The position numbers and the translations under genes are program-made. 64,000 bases of DNA from Eledone cirrhosa (lineage: Eukaryota): contig OZ024743.1 in the NCBI GenBank assembly GCA_964016885.1, forward strand, positions 10,168,001 to 10,232,000, given 5' to 3'. This document shows positions 1-12,644 of this stretch, piece by piece. Each line of letters starts with the position of its first letter. Positions within the stretch are counted from its first letter, which is position 1. The notes below the pieces were generated by a model. That model was not told the origin of the DNA, did not search any database, and saw only the letters and a list, made by a program, of their open reading frames with translations.

Positions 1-119
1 GAAAAGCCTACCCATCTCCATGGCTGACAATAATCGATTTCCTCAAGGGAGAGAGAGAAGCGGAAAGTGTGAACAACCAGAAGAAAACAATTTAATCCCA
101 GTACAGGATTGGTTCCTTA

Positions 120-410
120 ACTACTGAAAACAGAAACAACATCGGTTGTATGATGAAAAATCGCATCAATATTATGATGAGAAACCACATTAGAATTATT
201 AACAGAAGCAACATAAGAACTGTGAAAAGAAGTCATGCCATATCAATACTATGACTAGAAGTTACATCACAACAATGGCTGGAGGTTACACTTGCATTGT
301 AACCAGAAACTACTATTACAAGAAATAACATAAGTACTATGATCAGAAATTATATCTGTAATAAGACCAGAAATCACATAAATTTTATGACCATATCATC
401 ATGATGACCA
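120..410. repeat. Degenerate ~24-bp tandem repeat (consensus near TATGACCAGAAACCACATCAGAAC)
   Basis: Successive units such as tatgatgaaaaatcgcatcaatat / tatgatgagaaaccacattagaat / tattaacagaagcaacataagaac. Confidence 0.55.
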
Positions 411-759
411 GGAACCCATCAGTAACAGATTTTAGTTACTTCCTATTTCAGAAATCAAACCATGGCACACATTTAGTAATTACTTTCAGGATGAATAACA
501 TAAATTCTTTATTGTATATCCACTTACACAAAATACAGGAGTAAGGATATGTATCTATGTTCATAGAGAGAATATATAAAGTAAATGAATAAAGATAATA
601 TACACTTCAATCTCATTAGTAGAGACAGACAAACAAACAGACAGATAAATAGATATATTGACAGATAGACTGTCAGAGAGATAGATAGATAGATGTACAC
701 AGATAGTTAAATAGATTAACAGATACATTAATATTAAATATGTGTAAGTTGAAGTCTTA

Positions 760-1170
760 CATGAGGGCATCAGTATCTGCACAAAACATGGGCAGTGACT
801 GCAGAGGACATGCATAGAGAGGAGAGAAATGAAGCTACAATACTTTATTAGATGTGCAGTGTTAATGTGAGAGAAAGGCTGAGCCTGGATGAACTGAGGG
901 AGAAACTGGGCTTAAGATGAATCCAAAGGGGTGTGCAAGAGAGAAGACTGCATTAGTACGAACATGCGATGTGCATGGATGATGTGATCTCTGAGTGAAA
1001 AAGTGCCAGGTAACTCCAATGGTAGGAAGCCAAAGTAGAGGTAGATTAAGGAAGACCTGATCTCAACTTGCCGAGAAGTCAAAGTAACATTATGAGTGGG
1101 GAGATGCTGTGCTGAAAAGGACCTGCACAACCCATGCAAGCATGGAAAAAGGGACATGATGATGCTGATG
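760..1170 (+). mobile_element. Degenerate RTE LINE 3' fragment
   Basis: Resembles the 3' part of the RTE at 12645-14920 (gcagaggaca, gtgcaagagagaagactgcatt) and ends in acccatgcaagcatggaaaaaagggac plus (gat)n tail. Confidence 0.7.
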
Positions 1171-2224
1171 ATGATTAAAAATTATGATGGATGGTTTTTA
1201 GATAAATATAAATATTTAAAACGAACAGTTTTGTATCATAAAAACAGAGGAGGTTTTAGGCAGTTTGGTCAGAAATCTGTAATCAACTTAGAATCTCAGA
1301 CGATATTTTTCTGTTATAATCATATTAGACATTTCACTAGTGAAATCACAATGTTTTTTCTTATTCATATGCAATCATACTATTGTATATATCTACAATA
1401 TTTTATATATATCTACAATATTTTATAAATATGCATATGTTTAAACTTTTATTTCTATAATATATAAGCTTATTGTAACACGTCTAGTCTATAATGCATA
1501 AATAGCTTGCTAATCCTGATTTTTGTTGCATTCAGTGGATAAGTGATAATGCTTTCCTGGTTAGTGGTGGAATCTCCTGACTAAAGAGAAACTGTATCAC
1601 CTATAGTACTTAATTAAAGCTATGGACTAGCTCCTGCATCATCACCCAACCCACTAAATTTGGCAGTTAAATTTCTCTCAAATCATACATTTAGTCTGCA
1701 GAACAGTATGGCTAAAAGAATAATTGTTTCTACTTTTGGCACAAGGCCAGCAATTATTCCAGGGCATTACTGGTACTTTAAAGAATAATGACAGCTCAAT
1801 CACAGGCTAACATAGGACTAAAAAAGAACAACAATTAGACTTATGTGGATTTGAGAGCATGGATAAAATTCAATACCAGTGACAGGATACAAACTATTGA
1901 CTCATCTGCTGATTACTTGGTTTCTATCAACTTATCAACTTATGTTATATATAATATTTAAATAGCATAGCTGTAGTTGTGTCTATGTGGCACTTGAAGT
2001 AAAAGTCTGATACTAGAGCCTTGGCTTGATCAATGCATTATAAGTAAAGTTTGGTAGACAGAAACTGCAGAAGTCCATCAAACTTCTTCTTAGCCTAAGA
2101 ATAATCCATAGAAATGGTTGATGCTTCTGCTACCTAGATGATATAATCAAATGTGAAAGAGGGTGCTCTAAGTGCATAGTAGCTAGATTAAGAACAGAAT
2201 AGATACAGACGAGGCGGCTACTAA

Positions 2225-2700
2225 CATTGTTAAAAACAAAACCTTCTCCCTACAAATAAAAGGCTGGATATATGATGCCTGTGTGTGATGTGTAATGTTG
2301 CATGGTAGTGAGACATGGGCTGTGAATGCAGAGGATATGCAAATCTGGAGAGCAATGAAAGGGGATGCTTTTATAGATGTGCAGTGTCGATATGTGTGAC
2401 AGAGGATGGATGAACTGAGAAAAAAGTTGAGTATAAGAGAAATAAGATATAGTGTGCAAGAGAGAAAACTGTGCTAGTATGAACATGTGATGCATATGGA
2501 TAATGAACTCTGGATGAAGATATGCCAAGAAATCTTAGTGAAAGGAAGTCGCAGTGGAGGAAGACCTGGGCAGAGGTGGTGAAAGCTGATGTCAAATCAC
2601 TGAAACTTACAGAGGAGATGACAAAGGGCCACGATGAGTGGTGGGATGTATTGTTGGAAATGACCCATCCAACCCATGTGCAAGGGAGGTTGTCATGTCT
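2225..2700 (+). mobile_element. Degenerate RTE LINE 3' fragment
   Basis: gatgcctgtgtg...ttgcatggtagtgagacatggg (LHGSETW); ORF 2522-2704 has RKTWAEVVKAD. Confidence 0.8.
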
Positions 2701-3309
2701 TTGATACAACTGAAGAATGCTCCTAAACTAATCCTTTTTTCATAAGCTTACTCTAGTGGGAAACCCTTCCTATCACCAGATATTATATTCAAAGGGTTAA
2801 TGTGGAGGAGAGGTGTGAGAAAATATGTCCTAGGTGTATGATAATTGTAGTGGGATTTGGTTGGCTGATAAGGAGAGAGGAGTGGTGTGGATGATGATGG
2901 GAAGATATTGAGAATACTTGCTGAGGAGTGATGGTGTGTGCATTGGTGGAGTCAGGTTACATTCTTATGCTGGCAGGTGTGTCTTCTCCAGTATTGCATA
3001 TTGCCAATCTTTGCAGTCATTTGTCATAAGATTCAGTTTCTTCTGGTTGGTCTTTACTTCTTTACCCTATGTCTTCCTAGGTCTATCTCATTCGTAAATT
3101 CTATCCACTGGAATTTTTCTGCACTTTTTTTTATACAACTGTCATCTTTTATATGCATCACTTGTCTATACCAACCTAGCATTCTCTTTTATGCACTACA
3201 TCAATACATTGATTATGTTACTCTTTCTCTAATCATGAAATTGATAAAATTTATGTTATTGCATCTTCCTGTTCATTTATTTGCTTTGTTTTGGCTTATA
3301 TATATATAT

Positions 3310-5080
3310 GAAAATGAAGTTAAAAATGCAATTGGAGTATTTAAGAAGATTTTTTTACTGGTTTCACGTTTGCATGATTTACAAAAGTTAAGTTAGATGG
3401 AGAGATGTGCAGATAAGAGGTGAAAGTTTTGGGAATTTTCTTTTTGTTTTATGCAAAAAGTTGGGTCAGATTACTATCTGTTTAAAGTACAATTGGATTG
3501 GTTGTGGAAGATCATGTGATTAGTTATAGAGTTGTGTAGTTTATTTGCACCGAGAGACTAAAATTCATTCTACAAAACTTTTTTTTTATTTCAATGGCAA
3601 TATTTACAAACAAATATTGGAGAATGCGATGAGTACAAAAGTTGTTCTGACTTACACTAATTTAGCCATGGCTAACCTGGAGGTCCAGATATATGAAGAA
3701 TCTAAATTAAATAATTATTAAATGAATATTCCATTTAATCTAGCGAGAGGAATTTACACAATTGTCTCAAATTATAAAACCCAGAATAAATGACTCCAAG
3801 AATTAAAAGAACTTCTGCTTGAAAGACATTACACATCATTAGTAATAGACAATGGAATAGAAGGTGCCAAATCAATAAATATTCAAGAATTATGAAAAAT
3901 AAAAAAAGCTTCAGATACATCCAATACTCTAATTTATATCTCAGCACACAACCCAAGAAATACAGAGGGATAAAATATTATCCACAAGAACATCCCACTA
4001 TTGTGACAAGAACAAAAAATGAAAAAAAAGCATCGAAACATAAAATACTCAAAAGCAAAAAAAAATCGATTGAAAGGTCTACTCACGATCACCAAATTAC
4101 CTACCACAAACATAAGACCAACAGTCAAAAGTATGGTCACCTTAATTGTGGAACCTGCTTTAACCTCATTGAAGGCACATTGCACACATTAAAACACAAA
4201 TAAAGAAAATATGTTTATTCAAAAATACAAACCATGTATGAATAAACTCACAAACACATAACATACTTGTTCATTTTGGTAACAGAACTATTATAACTCT
4301 ATTACTACTGTTATTGTTATCACATGGCCATCTGTACTCACGTACAATTCTTGTTCATTTTTCTGATTAAATGATTGTTTTTATCCGACGTAGCAGGAAA
4401 CAAACAAAAACTGTTCTTACACACACAGACGTCTGCACATAACATTCCTGCAGACTTAAACATTTTTGTCACAAACAATTCTATAGACTTGAAAATGTAA
4501 TAAAATAGATATGAATATCTTTTGAAATTGTCACTAGCCTCATTCACTTCTTTTTGGTGTAAAATTCACAAAACAATTATGGGATTGCTTTTACGGTCTT
4601 GTCCACGGGGTGCAGCCTCTCTACCACCACGCCCTAGGCCCAGAGCTCAATCATCCTCCCACTTTCGATTCTTCTGTGAAGCTAGATTCCTTGCCATTTC
4701 CTTTCCTTTCCATTTTTTCTCTTTTTTCTTTATATTTTCCTATTTTACATTCCATTCTTCGCAATCCAAATTTTCTTTTCTTCTTAAAGTTATTAGTTGT
4801 AAAAAGAATTACACTCTTAATCCCGTGATCATCAATATTTGGCACCAAAAACTATAGAACTCTATAGCTAATCACATGATTGTCTACAACCAATCCAACT
4901 GTAGATTAGTCAGATAGCTGTCTGAACCACTTTTTTGCATACAACAGAGACAAATGTCCCAAAACATCAGATCCATAATACATAGCTCCATCTCACTCAC
5001 ATTTTGAAAATCATACACACGTGTAACTATTATTTATAAATCTTCTTAGATACTATAATTGCATTTTCAACTTCTTTTTC
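3310..5080 (+). mobile_element. 5'-truncated Penelope-like element (Neptune-like) with an inverted copy of its 3' end at the 5' side
   Basis: ~3590-3700 translates FNGNIYKQILENAMSTKVVLTYTNLAMANLE (RT); ~3725-3870 gives NIPFNLARGIYTIVSN...LQELKELLLER; ORF 3892-4203 has HLNCGTCFNLIEG (Cys linker); 3310-3555 is a diverged reverse complement of 4840-5080. Confidence 0.75.
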
Positions 5081-5142
5081 CTATTTTTTGCCTGTGCAGG
5101 ATACAAAAAAAAAATTACTTTTGTATACACACACATATATAT

Positions 5143-5348
5143 GTATATAAGTTTATCCCGGGTTGAATCGGGAGTAACCACAGTAAGTAAGGTACTCAAT
5201 ATAAAAAGCAGAGTATAAATATTTAATATAGAAAAGGCTTCTACAGGACTAGAACTGTTTAATTCGGGAGAAATCATCAGGGCTTCCTGATGATTTCTCC
5301 CGAATTAAACAGTTCTAGTCCTGTAGAAGCCTTTTCAATATTAAATAT
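5143..5348 (-). mobile_element. Ultra-short fold-back PLE terminal-repeat element with hammerhead motif
   Basis: 63-bp arms 5219-5281 / 5286-5348 with one mismatch; homologous to 25876-26075 in the opposite orientation. Confidence 0.8.
5282..5330 (+). ncRNA. Minimal type I hammerhead motif, G12 changed to U (probably inactive)
   Basis: gcttc-CTGATGA-tttctcccgaat-TAAA-cag-ttctagtc-ctg-TA-gaagc; helix I gcttc/gaagc. Confidence 0.6.
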
Positions 5349-5364
5349 ACATATATATATATAT

Positions 5365-5936
5365 ATATCAACTAGAAATTGATTGACATATATATATATC
5401 TAAAATAATCATATGAAACAATCACAGGGAATAATTTGTAAAAGTGTGTAAGCACACATAGCCAGGTAGGTAACCAATTTAATTTTGAATATATATACAC
5501 AGCCCCTTAATTGTAGAGCTAACTCAGTTGAAAGGACTTGGCTGTTATTTCTAGTTGTCGATAACCCTATTCACGCCACTGGGATGAAGCTGGTACGATG
5601 TGTGTATTTTTAAAAAATGCAACACGTGCTGCTAGTCATTTGCAGATTTGAATTTGCTGTGTAAACACAGATTGTTAGATCTTCTCCCTTGTTGAAAATC
5701 CTGGATTTGGCTACTGTGGTTTACCGATTGATTAATGGTGAAATATATTTCTTTAATGAAATATATACAAGGAAGATTAATCAATTTATAAGGTATCTAT
5801 TTTTAAAGTTCTAGTTAAACTTTAATTGTTACCTACCTGGCTATGTGTGCTTACAGTTTTACAAATTATTCCCTGTGATTGTTTTATATGTTTATTATAT
5901 ATATATATATATGTCAATCAATTTCTAGTTGATATA
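5365..5936. repeat. Inverted repeat element with ~115-bp arms (PLE-type fold-back or MITE)
   Basis: 5365-5480 (tatcaactagaaattgattgacat...gccaggtaggtaac) is the reverse complement of 5824-5936; TA-rich flanks. Confidence 0.75.
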
Positions 5937-6257
5937 AAATGCTTGGATCTATTCATTGGAATCTTGGAGCATATTCTACAGTGGATATGGTGCATGTCTC
6001 TCTGACATGACACCCTTAATTTAATTTTGGATATATATATATATATAAACATATACGTATTTATATTTATGTCAGTGAGTGATCTATGTCTCATAACTTT
6101 GCTGCTTCACATATAAGAGATTGATAAAATAAGTACCAAAACTAAAAATATATAACTACTAGCTTTGTTTTGACAAACTAAATCTCTTTAAGGCAGTGCC
6201 TCAGCATGGCCGCAGTCTAATTACTGAAATCAGTAAAAGAATAATATAACAAGTATA

Positions 6258-6712
6258 TATACACCCCCGTCCCACCACCCACACCCCATCCACACCGCCC
6301 CTTTCAATGTAAAGTTATGTTGGTGCCACAACATCCAGGCCGAAACAAATGAGATCGTGTAGGTGTCACGACAAAAAAAACACACAGTCCACGCTGTAAT
6401 GTGGCCGTGTAGGTAACACGGTAAAAACCTGCCAGCCCCACACTGTAAATGTGGTTGGTGTTAGGAAGGGCATGCAGCTGTAGAAAACCTGCCAGACAGT
6501 CCACGCTGTAATGTGGCCGTGTAGGCAACACGGTAAAAACCTCCCAGACCCACACTGTAAATGTGGTTGGTGTTAGGAAGGGCATCCAACTGTAGAAAAC
6601 CCGCCAGACAGTCCTATGCGAGCAAGACAATCACTCTTGCCTCAAGTGGGAAAACCCCCGTCCAAACCCATGCAAGCGTGGAACACGGACGTTAAACGAT
6701 GATGATGATGAT
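6258..6712 (+). mobile_element. 5'-truncated RTE 3' UTR with internal ~113-bp tandem duplication
   Basis: Start matches 14846-14916 (acacccccgtcccaccacc...gttatgttggtgcc); ends ggacgttaaacgatgatgatg. Confidence 0.8.
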
Positions 6713-6829
6713 ATATGAAAATGTTCAAGACCCCAACGGTTCAGGAATATTGAGGACAAACAGGACACCAAATTCATAGTACTCTGGTGCGTTATGGTTC
6801 ACCTGGTTCCTTACCACACTTCCTTCATT

Positions 6830-6857
6830 ATATATATATATATACATCGATACATCG

Positions 6858-6895
<38 letters not shown>

Positions 6896-7002
6896 ATGCA
6901 TGTGTGTGTGTGTGTGTGCGTGTGCGTGTGTGTGTGTGTAGTGTGTGTGTGTGTAGTGTGTGTATATAGTCATATACATATATATATGTGTGTATGTGTA
7001 TA
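6830..7002. repeat. (TA)n/(TG)n compound microsatellite
   Basis: Seen directly. Confidence 0.95.
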
Positions 7003-9024
7003 GTCATTCATGGAAAATATATTAAAATACATTGCATTTGAAGTCATGTGGGTGGTGCTATACAACCCATAAATATCATTAGCTTTTTATAAGTGAGCCA
7101 AGAATCAAGAGTTTCTGACAAAGATGTGTGAGTAGGTGAACTAAACAGCAAAGAAGAAATAATATTGGCAATGAAAATTAATTCATTATTGACAGTTCAT
7201 TTCCAACATGAATAGTCAGTGTATATATATATATATATATATATAAATATATATATCGATGTATCTTTCAGAGCAGTTTTTCATGTAAAAGTACAAACAC
7301 ATATCTGGTTGTTGCACAGCCGCTCTAAGAATGGTGAAGATTGACCAAAACAATGAATCAAAACACAGCTGTAAGATGAGAGGAATATTACATTAACAGT
7401 TGATCCTCTTTGGGTGAAGCTGATCAGATTAAGCAATCACAAATGACAACTAGCTTCAGCCACTATTTCTTATTGACCAGGTCATAGATCAAAGGTTTGA
7501 ACTATCATCAATTGGACACTCAAGACAGATTATTATCAGTTGGCTAATCATAACAACAGCTGGCTTTTCATGAACTTTAGAGAGATTGAAAGGTAAATGA
7601 TGTTTGTTCTTATTATTCAATTTCAGTATTTTGGCTTAGAGTTTGAAACGTAGTAAGTGCTATTAATATTATCTATGTTATTAGCAGAGTGGAAGTTTGT
7701 GTTGACTTGTATGTCAGTATCAGTTTACTACTATGCTGTTACCAAATTTATTTTCTAACTTAGTGAAGCAAACTTTACTCTTGACCAAATTAGTGAATGA
7801 AATAACATCATTAATAATTTTCTCCACCAATATTAGTTAAGAGAAAACATATTTTTTTAATAATACATATAAATTGATTATAATAATTAAAAAAGAATTA
7901 GTCTACCAAGCAGCTCAACTTAAAAATTTACAGGTTCTCATTTAGAAGAATATTATACTGAAAGCAGTGCTTTACTGTGTCCTTGTAAAGCGAACTAAAG
8001 AATTAAGAAAACCATAAAATACACTTCCCTACTATATTGTGCAAGTCTCAATACTGAGATAACCAGGCAGAGACACCCTCACTGTCTCAAAGAGTAGGTA
8101 GTTTGTAGAAGAGTCTTGAAGAACAAGTGCCATTAATTGATTTTATTTGACTTCAGGTCAACCATTATCAAACATTCCTGCCATGACTATTGTCTCTTTT
8201 TATTGATATCTAGCATTACATTATTTAATGTATCTTTCTTATTTTTTAAGATGGCATGGTGTTATTTGAATTAGATTTGGTTGATTTTTCTAGCACATCA
8301 ACCAACCCCAACTATAGTTGTTATCTATACTATCATGGAGGTATCCTTTGTAGTTGTTATCTTTTCCCAGGTCAGTGCTGATTTAGCATCCTGGTCAGCC
8401 TTGGTTATAACATTCCAGCATTGGCTATCATACTGTTTTATATGAGACTATATTATAATATGAAGCATTCTGATTAGACAGCAGTGTGCAATATGATTGA
8501 ATTTGGTTGCTACAGTATTTCTATGAAATAGAACAACTGTATTCAAGCTCTGTTATTGGCAGAGTCCCAAACTATTAGGAGAGGTAAAATAATTTTTAAA
8601 AAGTGAGAATGAGAGCATATGGAAACACAAATCATAGTGAGAAGTAACATTACCTATAGTAACATTACCTATAGAAGTAACATTACCTATAGTACAATTA
8701 ATAGTAGCATGTGTAATGAAAGTAAAATTCATAGAATTAGCTATAATAGAGAGAATAAGGTTAGCAGAAATGTAAGAAATGTTAACATCAATACTTCTAT
8801 CATATGAGAGGCTTTATAAGGCTGTTTAATTTCTCTGATATATTATTTGAAAATATCTTCATTATTTATTGCTGCTGAACTTACAAATTGATTTATTCAG
8901 TAGTAGTTTGTTATTTGATTTTTTTTTATGCTGTTCGACTTCATTGGCATAATGCCAAATAGAGGGAGGAAGTTGTCAACATTGTTTTTTTTTGTTGTTG
9001 TTTCACCATCACAAATTTAGGTTA

Positions 9025-9417
9025 TCATCATCATCATCATCATTTCATTTTACGTCCGCTTTTCCCTGCTTGCAAGGGTGGGACGGCAACTGATTCTAGC
9101 TTGATTTCTACAGCTGGATGCCCTTCCTAACACCAACCTCATTTACAGTGAGTGCTGGATGCTTGTTTTTTTTCCGTGGCGCCTACACATCCACTTTACA
9201 GTGTGGGCTGGGTGCTTTTTTGCTGTGGCACCTCCACGACCACTCTACAGTGGAATGATATGGACCCCAGTTCCTATCATCTCATTTCTACAGCTGAGTA
9301 AACTGGAGCAATGTGAAATAAAGTGTCTTGCTCAAGGAAACAACACATCACCCGGATTGAACTCACAAGCTTTCGATTGCAAGGCCAATGCTCTAACCAC
9401 TAAGCCATGTGCTTCCA
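9025..9417 (-). mobile_element. tRNA-derived SINE with CORE-like domain and RTE-derived tail
   Basis: Minus strand: gcacatggcttagtggttagagc (A box), gtgagttcaatcc (B box), ccttgagcaagacactt (CORE-like); tail shared with the RTE 3' UTR; (gat)n end. Confidence 0.85.
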
Positions 9418-9852
9418 TTATATACTGGTTATATACAGGTTATATACTGTCTAATCAAATCATCGTTTTTAAAAAGTTTAAGACCCGTTTTCATCTGGTT
9501 TACATTTGCCATTGTAGCTCATGAATCTATCGTTAGTTTTCTTGAACTTTGAAATCTATAGAGGAGTGGTTTCAAAACTAAGATGCATTTTGGAACATTG
9601 ATGAGCTAAGAGATTTAGCTAGGTGCACAATGAAAATGATAAAATTATATTTAATAAATCTAAAAATAAAGTTGAAACTTAGGTATATTAATCTCAGATG
9701 TGCCCATATAAACTCATTTTATTCATTGGGAACACTGTTTCATTAATTGAATAAAGAAGCTATAGTTTAAATTATTTATATATATGGGCTAAACTTTCAC
9801 TTTCTTTTTTTTTTTTTTTAAATCTAAACAATGAAAGTAAAATTTTTTAATA

Positions 9853-10439
9853 CCATATTTTACGGCTTATAAGATGCACCACATTTTGGGCAGACCATTA
9901 AAATAAATAAATAAATGGGTGAAGGGTATAATGTTTGTACATCGTATTTTAGTATTATTATTCTACATCGTAATTCTAGTTGTATATTTTAGTACATTTT
10001 AAAAACTTAAGGAAGTGAGTGTAAAAATAAATTTATTTTAGTTTTTACATCAGATTTTTTGTTGAAATATTTAGTATATTTTTAAAACAAAGAAAGTGAA
10101 AATGAATTTAATTTTCTTCCTGACTTATGTTGTTTTATATAAAGTACTAGTAAGTACTACTGCTATACATTGTTACCTTAGAAAGAGTTGCAATTGTTGG
10201 TGTAGAAGTAATTACTACCTTGTTTACATTTGCAGAGGTATTTGCAGTTTAATTTAAAGGCCACTGCAGCTCTAGAACTCCACTAACCAGTAACCCAAAC
10301 TGATTCTTGATCTTATACAATGCAGGGTGATTTTCTAGGATACTTTTGGGAAAAGAAAGTGCATCTTATAAGCTCTCAAATCATCATCATCATCATTATC
10401 ATATCTGCTTTTCCATTCTTGCATGAGTTGGACATACGG
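9853..10439. mobile_element. pogo/Tigger-like MITE with TA target duplication; right TIR interrupted by an RTE tail fragment
   Basis: ta|ccatattttacggcttataagatgcac ... gtgcatcttataagc...[catcat RTE tail 10381-10433]...atacgg|ta. Confidence 0.65.
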
Positions 10440-10536
10440 TATATATTTTAAAATCTATGGAAATAATATAGGAAAATATTTTAATTTTTATCTATGAGAA
10501 AAATAGTTGTTGACCACAAATTTAGCATTATTATAT

Positions 10537-10690
10537 TTGGCAGTATCGGACGCCATGCTTTCCAGCATAGTTACATCCCTCTACGGTCTGAGTTCACTTT
10601 GCCTTTCATCCTTACGGGGTCAATAAAATAAAGTACCAGTAATACACTGGTATAATTGCTGGCCTTGTGCTAAAAAGTAGAAACAATTAT
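10537..10690 (+). mobile_element. tRNA-SINE family A
   Basis: ttggcagtatcgg...gcctttcatccttacggggtcaataaaataaagtaccag...ggccttgtgc..agtagaaacaatta; more than 10 copies in the window. Confidence 0.85.
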
Positions 10691-10984
10691 ATATTTTACT
10701 GAGATCTTGACATTCTGAATTAAGACCAAATGAAATAGATCTATTTAGCATACTTTCATTCTTCAGAGGGTTTTTGTTACCAACATGATAGGGTTAATCT
10801 ATCTTGTTCAACCTGTTGTGATATTGCTTGTCTGATACCTAGATCCTTTAATTTTTTTATTATGTTGGCAATACTTTTTGGTTTCTTGTTCTTGAACCTA
10901 CCAATTTATATAACTCTGCATGTGGATATGTGACAGATTCATTGTTTTTGTAATCTCCCACAAGCATGCAAGCATCTCTCCTTC

Positions 10985-11245
10985 CTCTTCTTCTTCACCC
11001 ACTTATTTCTGAGAATGTCATGCTGGCAAACACTCCTTCCAGCGGGTCCTATCAGAAGCAACCATCACCAACTGATCTGGCTGGATCCCCAAGCAAGACC
11101 AGCCAATCTCATGGATGTAATCCAACCATTTTGCTCAAGGTCTACCTTGGTCTCCTGTTGGTTAGTTTTGCTTGTAAAATCTATCCAGTGATTCTTTCCT
11201 GAGACATGTCTATAATAGTACCGAAGCTGTGACTTCTGAGTTAAT
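10985..11245 (-). mobile_element. Degenerate LINE (RTE-like) 3' fragment, second family
   Basis: Similar to 35900-36140; minus strand reads like the GRP..W.D.I..L.WSRLGI.PDQL C-terminus with (gaa)n tail. Confidence 0.55.
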
Positions 11246-12557
11246 AAAAAAAAAACACATTAAAGGAGTACAAATTTTATTGTTGCTTTTGAAATTAGAG
11301 ATGTGTAAATCCAGTCAGCTTTGTTTAGCCTACACCTATGCCATGGAGATAGTCAACTCTCTGTAAAGTGTTTGTGTCAGTAGTAAATGAAACAAGAATG
11401 ATCTGAAAGAAAGAAACTTCAACATTGTCTTAAAGACAGTTCACTGTTCTATTTGTATAGCTTTTAAATTTCTTTTTTATTGATATATGGTTATCTACAA
11501 AAAAACAAAAAAAAAACATTCAACTTCTATCTTGTAATTGACAAAAGAAAACTATTCTCTAATTTAATATTATTGTCATTACATTAATTACACAGCAATT
11601 CAAACTACTTGCTAAGTAAAGTAGTCTATTGGTAGAAATCTATCAAAATAGTAAATAACTGTTGGGAAATATTTTACAATTCTCAGGCATAAAACATATC
11701 TTCATTAATAAAATAACAAAGTATATTTTAGATCCTTAGTTTACTTATTCTATGACATATCCTTTTACTATTTACAGGCCTGACAATGAATAAAATTTGA
11801 CAATGAATAAAATTTGTGGAAGTAATTATTTTTTTCAATTTCTTACAATAGTTTAAAGGTTTAAAAGAAATTTGTGTGTAAATGGTCACGTATCTAATAA
11901 ATATGTGTATCCTTAAAATAATTCTCATACAGGATCAGCATAGCAAAGTGTTCAACGATGTGAGCCCTTTTTATTAGCAGCAAAGTCATTCCAAAAGCTT
12001 CAACAAAGTTTCAATTCACGTAACTTTACCCTCAAATCTTGTAGCAACCTTGAGGACATGGGAAACGACATTTGCACACAATGCCACACAGTGGGATCAA
12101 GCACAATGTTTTACTTGCAAAACAAAATCAGTAACCACTCAGCCATGCCTACATTCTAGTATATATATATATATACATATAATATATATATATATAAGCT
12201 TCCACTTGCAGGACCAACTGAGTGTTCTTTGTCATGTCACCAACAGGACAACTTTATAGTGTGGACTGGGTGCTTTTTGTCGTTTCCCCATCACGATCAC
12301 CTTACAGGATGGACTGGAAGTTTTTGTTTTTGTGGTAACAGATCATTCTACAGAGTGGACTTTGTGCTTTTTGTCTGAACACAGCATTGTGTAGAGCATG
12401 TCTAGCTTTCATAAGGTGGGAAGGTGAGGTGTATCGGGGATAGGAGGGAGGGGTAGTTAAGTGAGTTCAACATCGTTTAGGTGCATGTAAGATGTGATTT
12501 AGATGTAATCAGGGTATTAAGTGGGGAGGGGGATATAAATACACACACACACATACA

Positions 12558-12595
<38 letters not shown>

Positions 12596-12644
12596 CATAT
12601 GTATATACATATAAAAATTTCAAAGCATATTACTTGATGCTTTC

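Noticed and set aside
4336-4452. Possible minus-strand exon (ctgcag...gtgagt)
   Set aside because: Lies inside a PLE remnant; no recognisable protein and no neighbouring exons
7325-7380. Hammerhead-like tgaaga...aaaacacagctgta; also ctgatgaagc at ~62052 and ctgacgaaacataagtc at ~21867
   Set aside because: Core boxes or helices too decayed or deleted to support a ribozyme call
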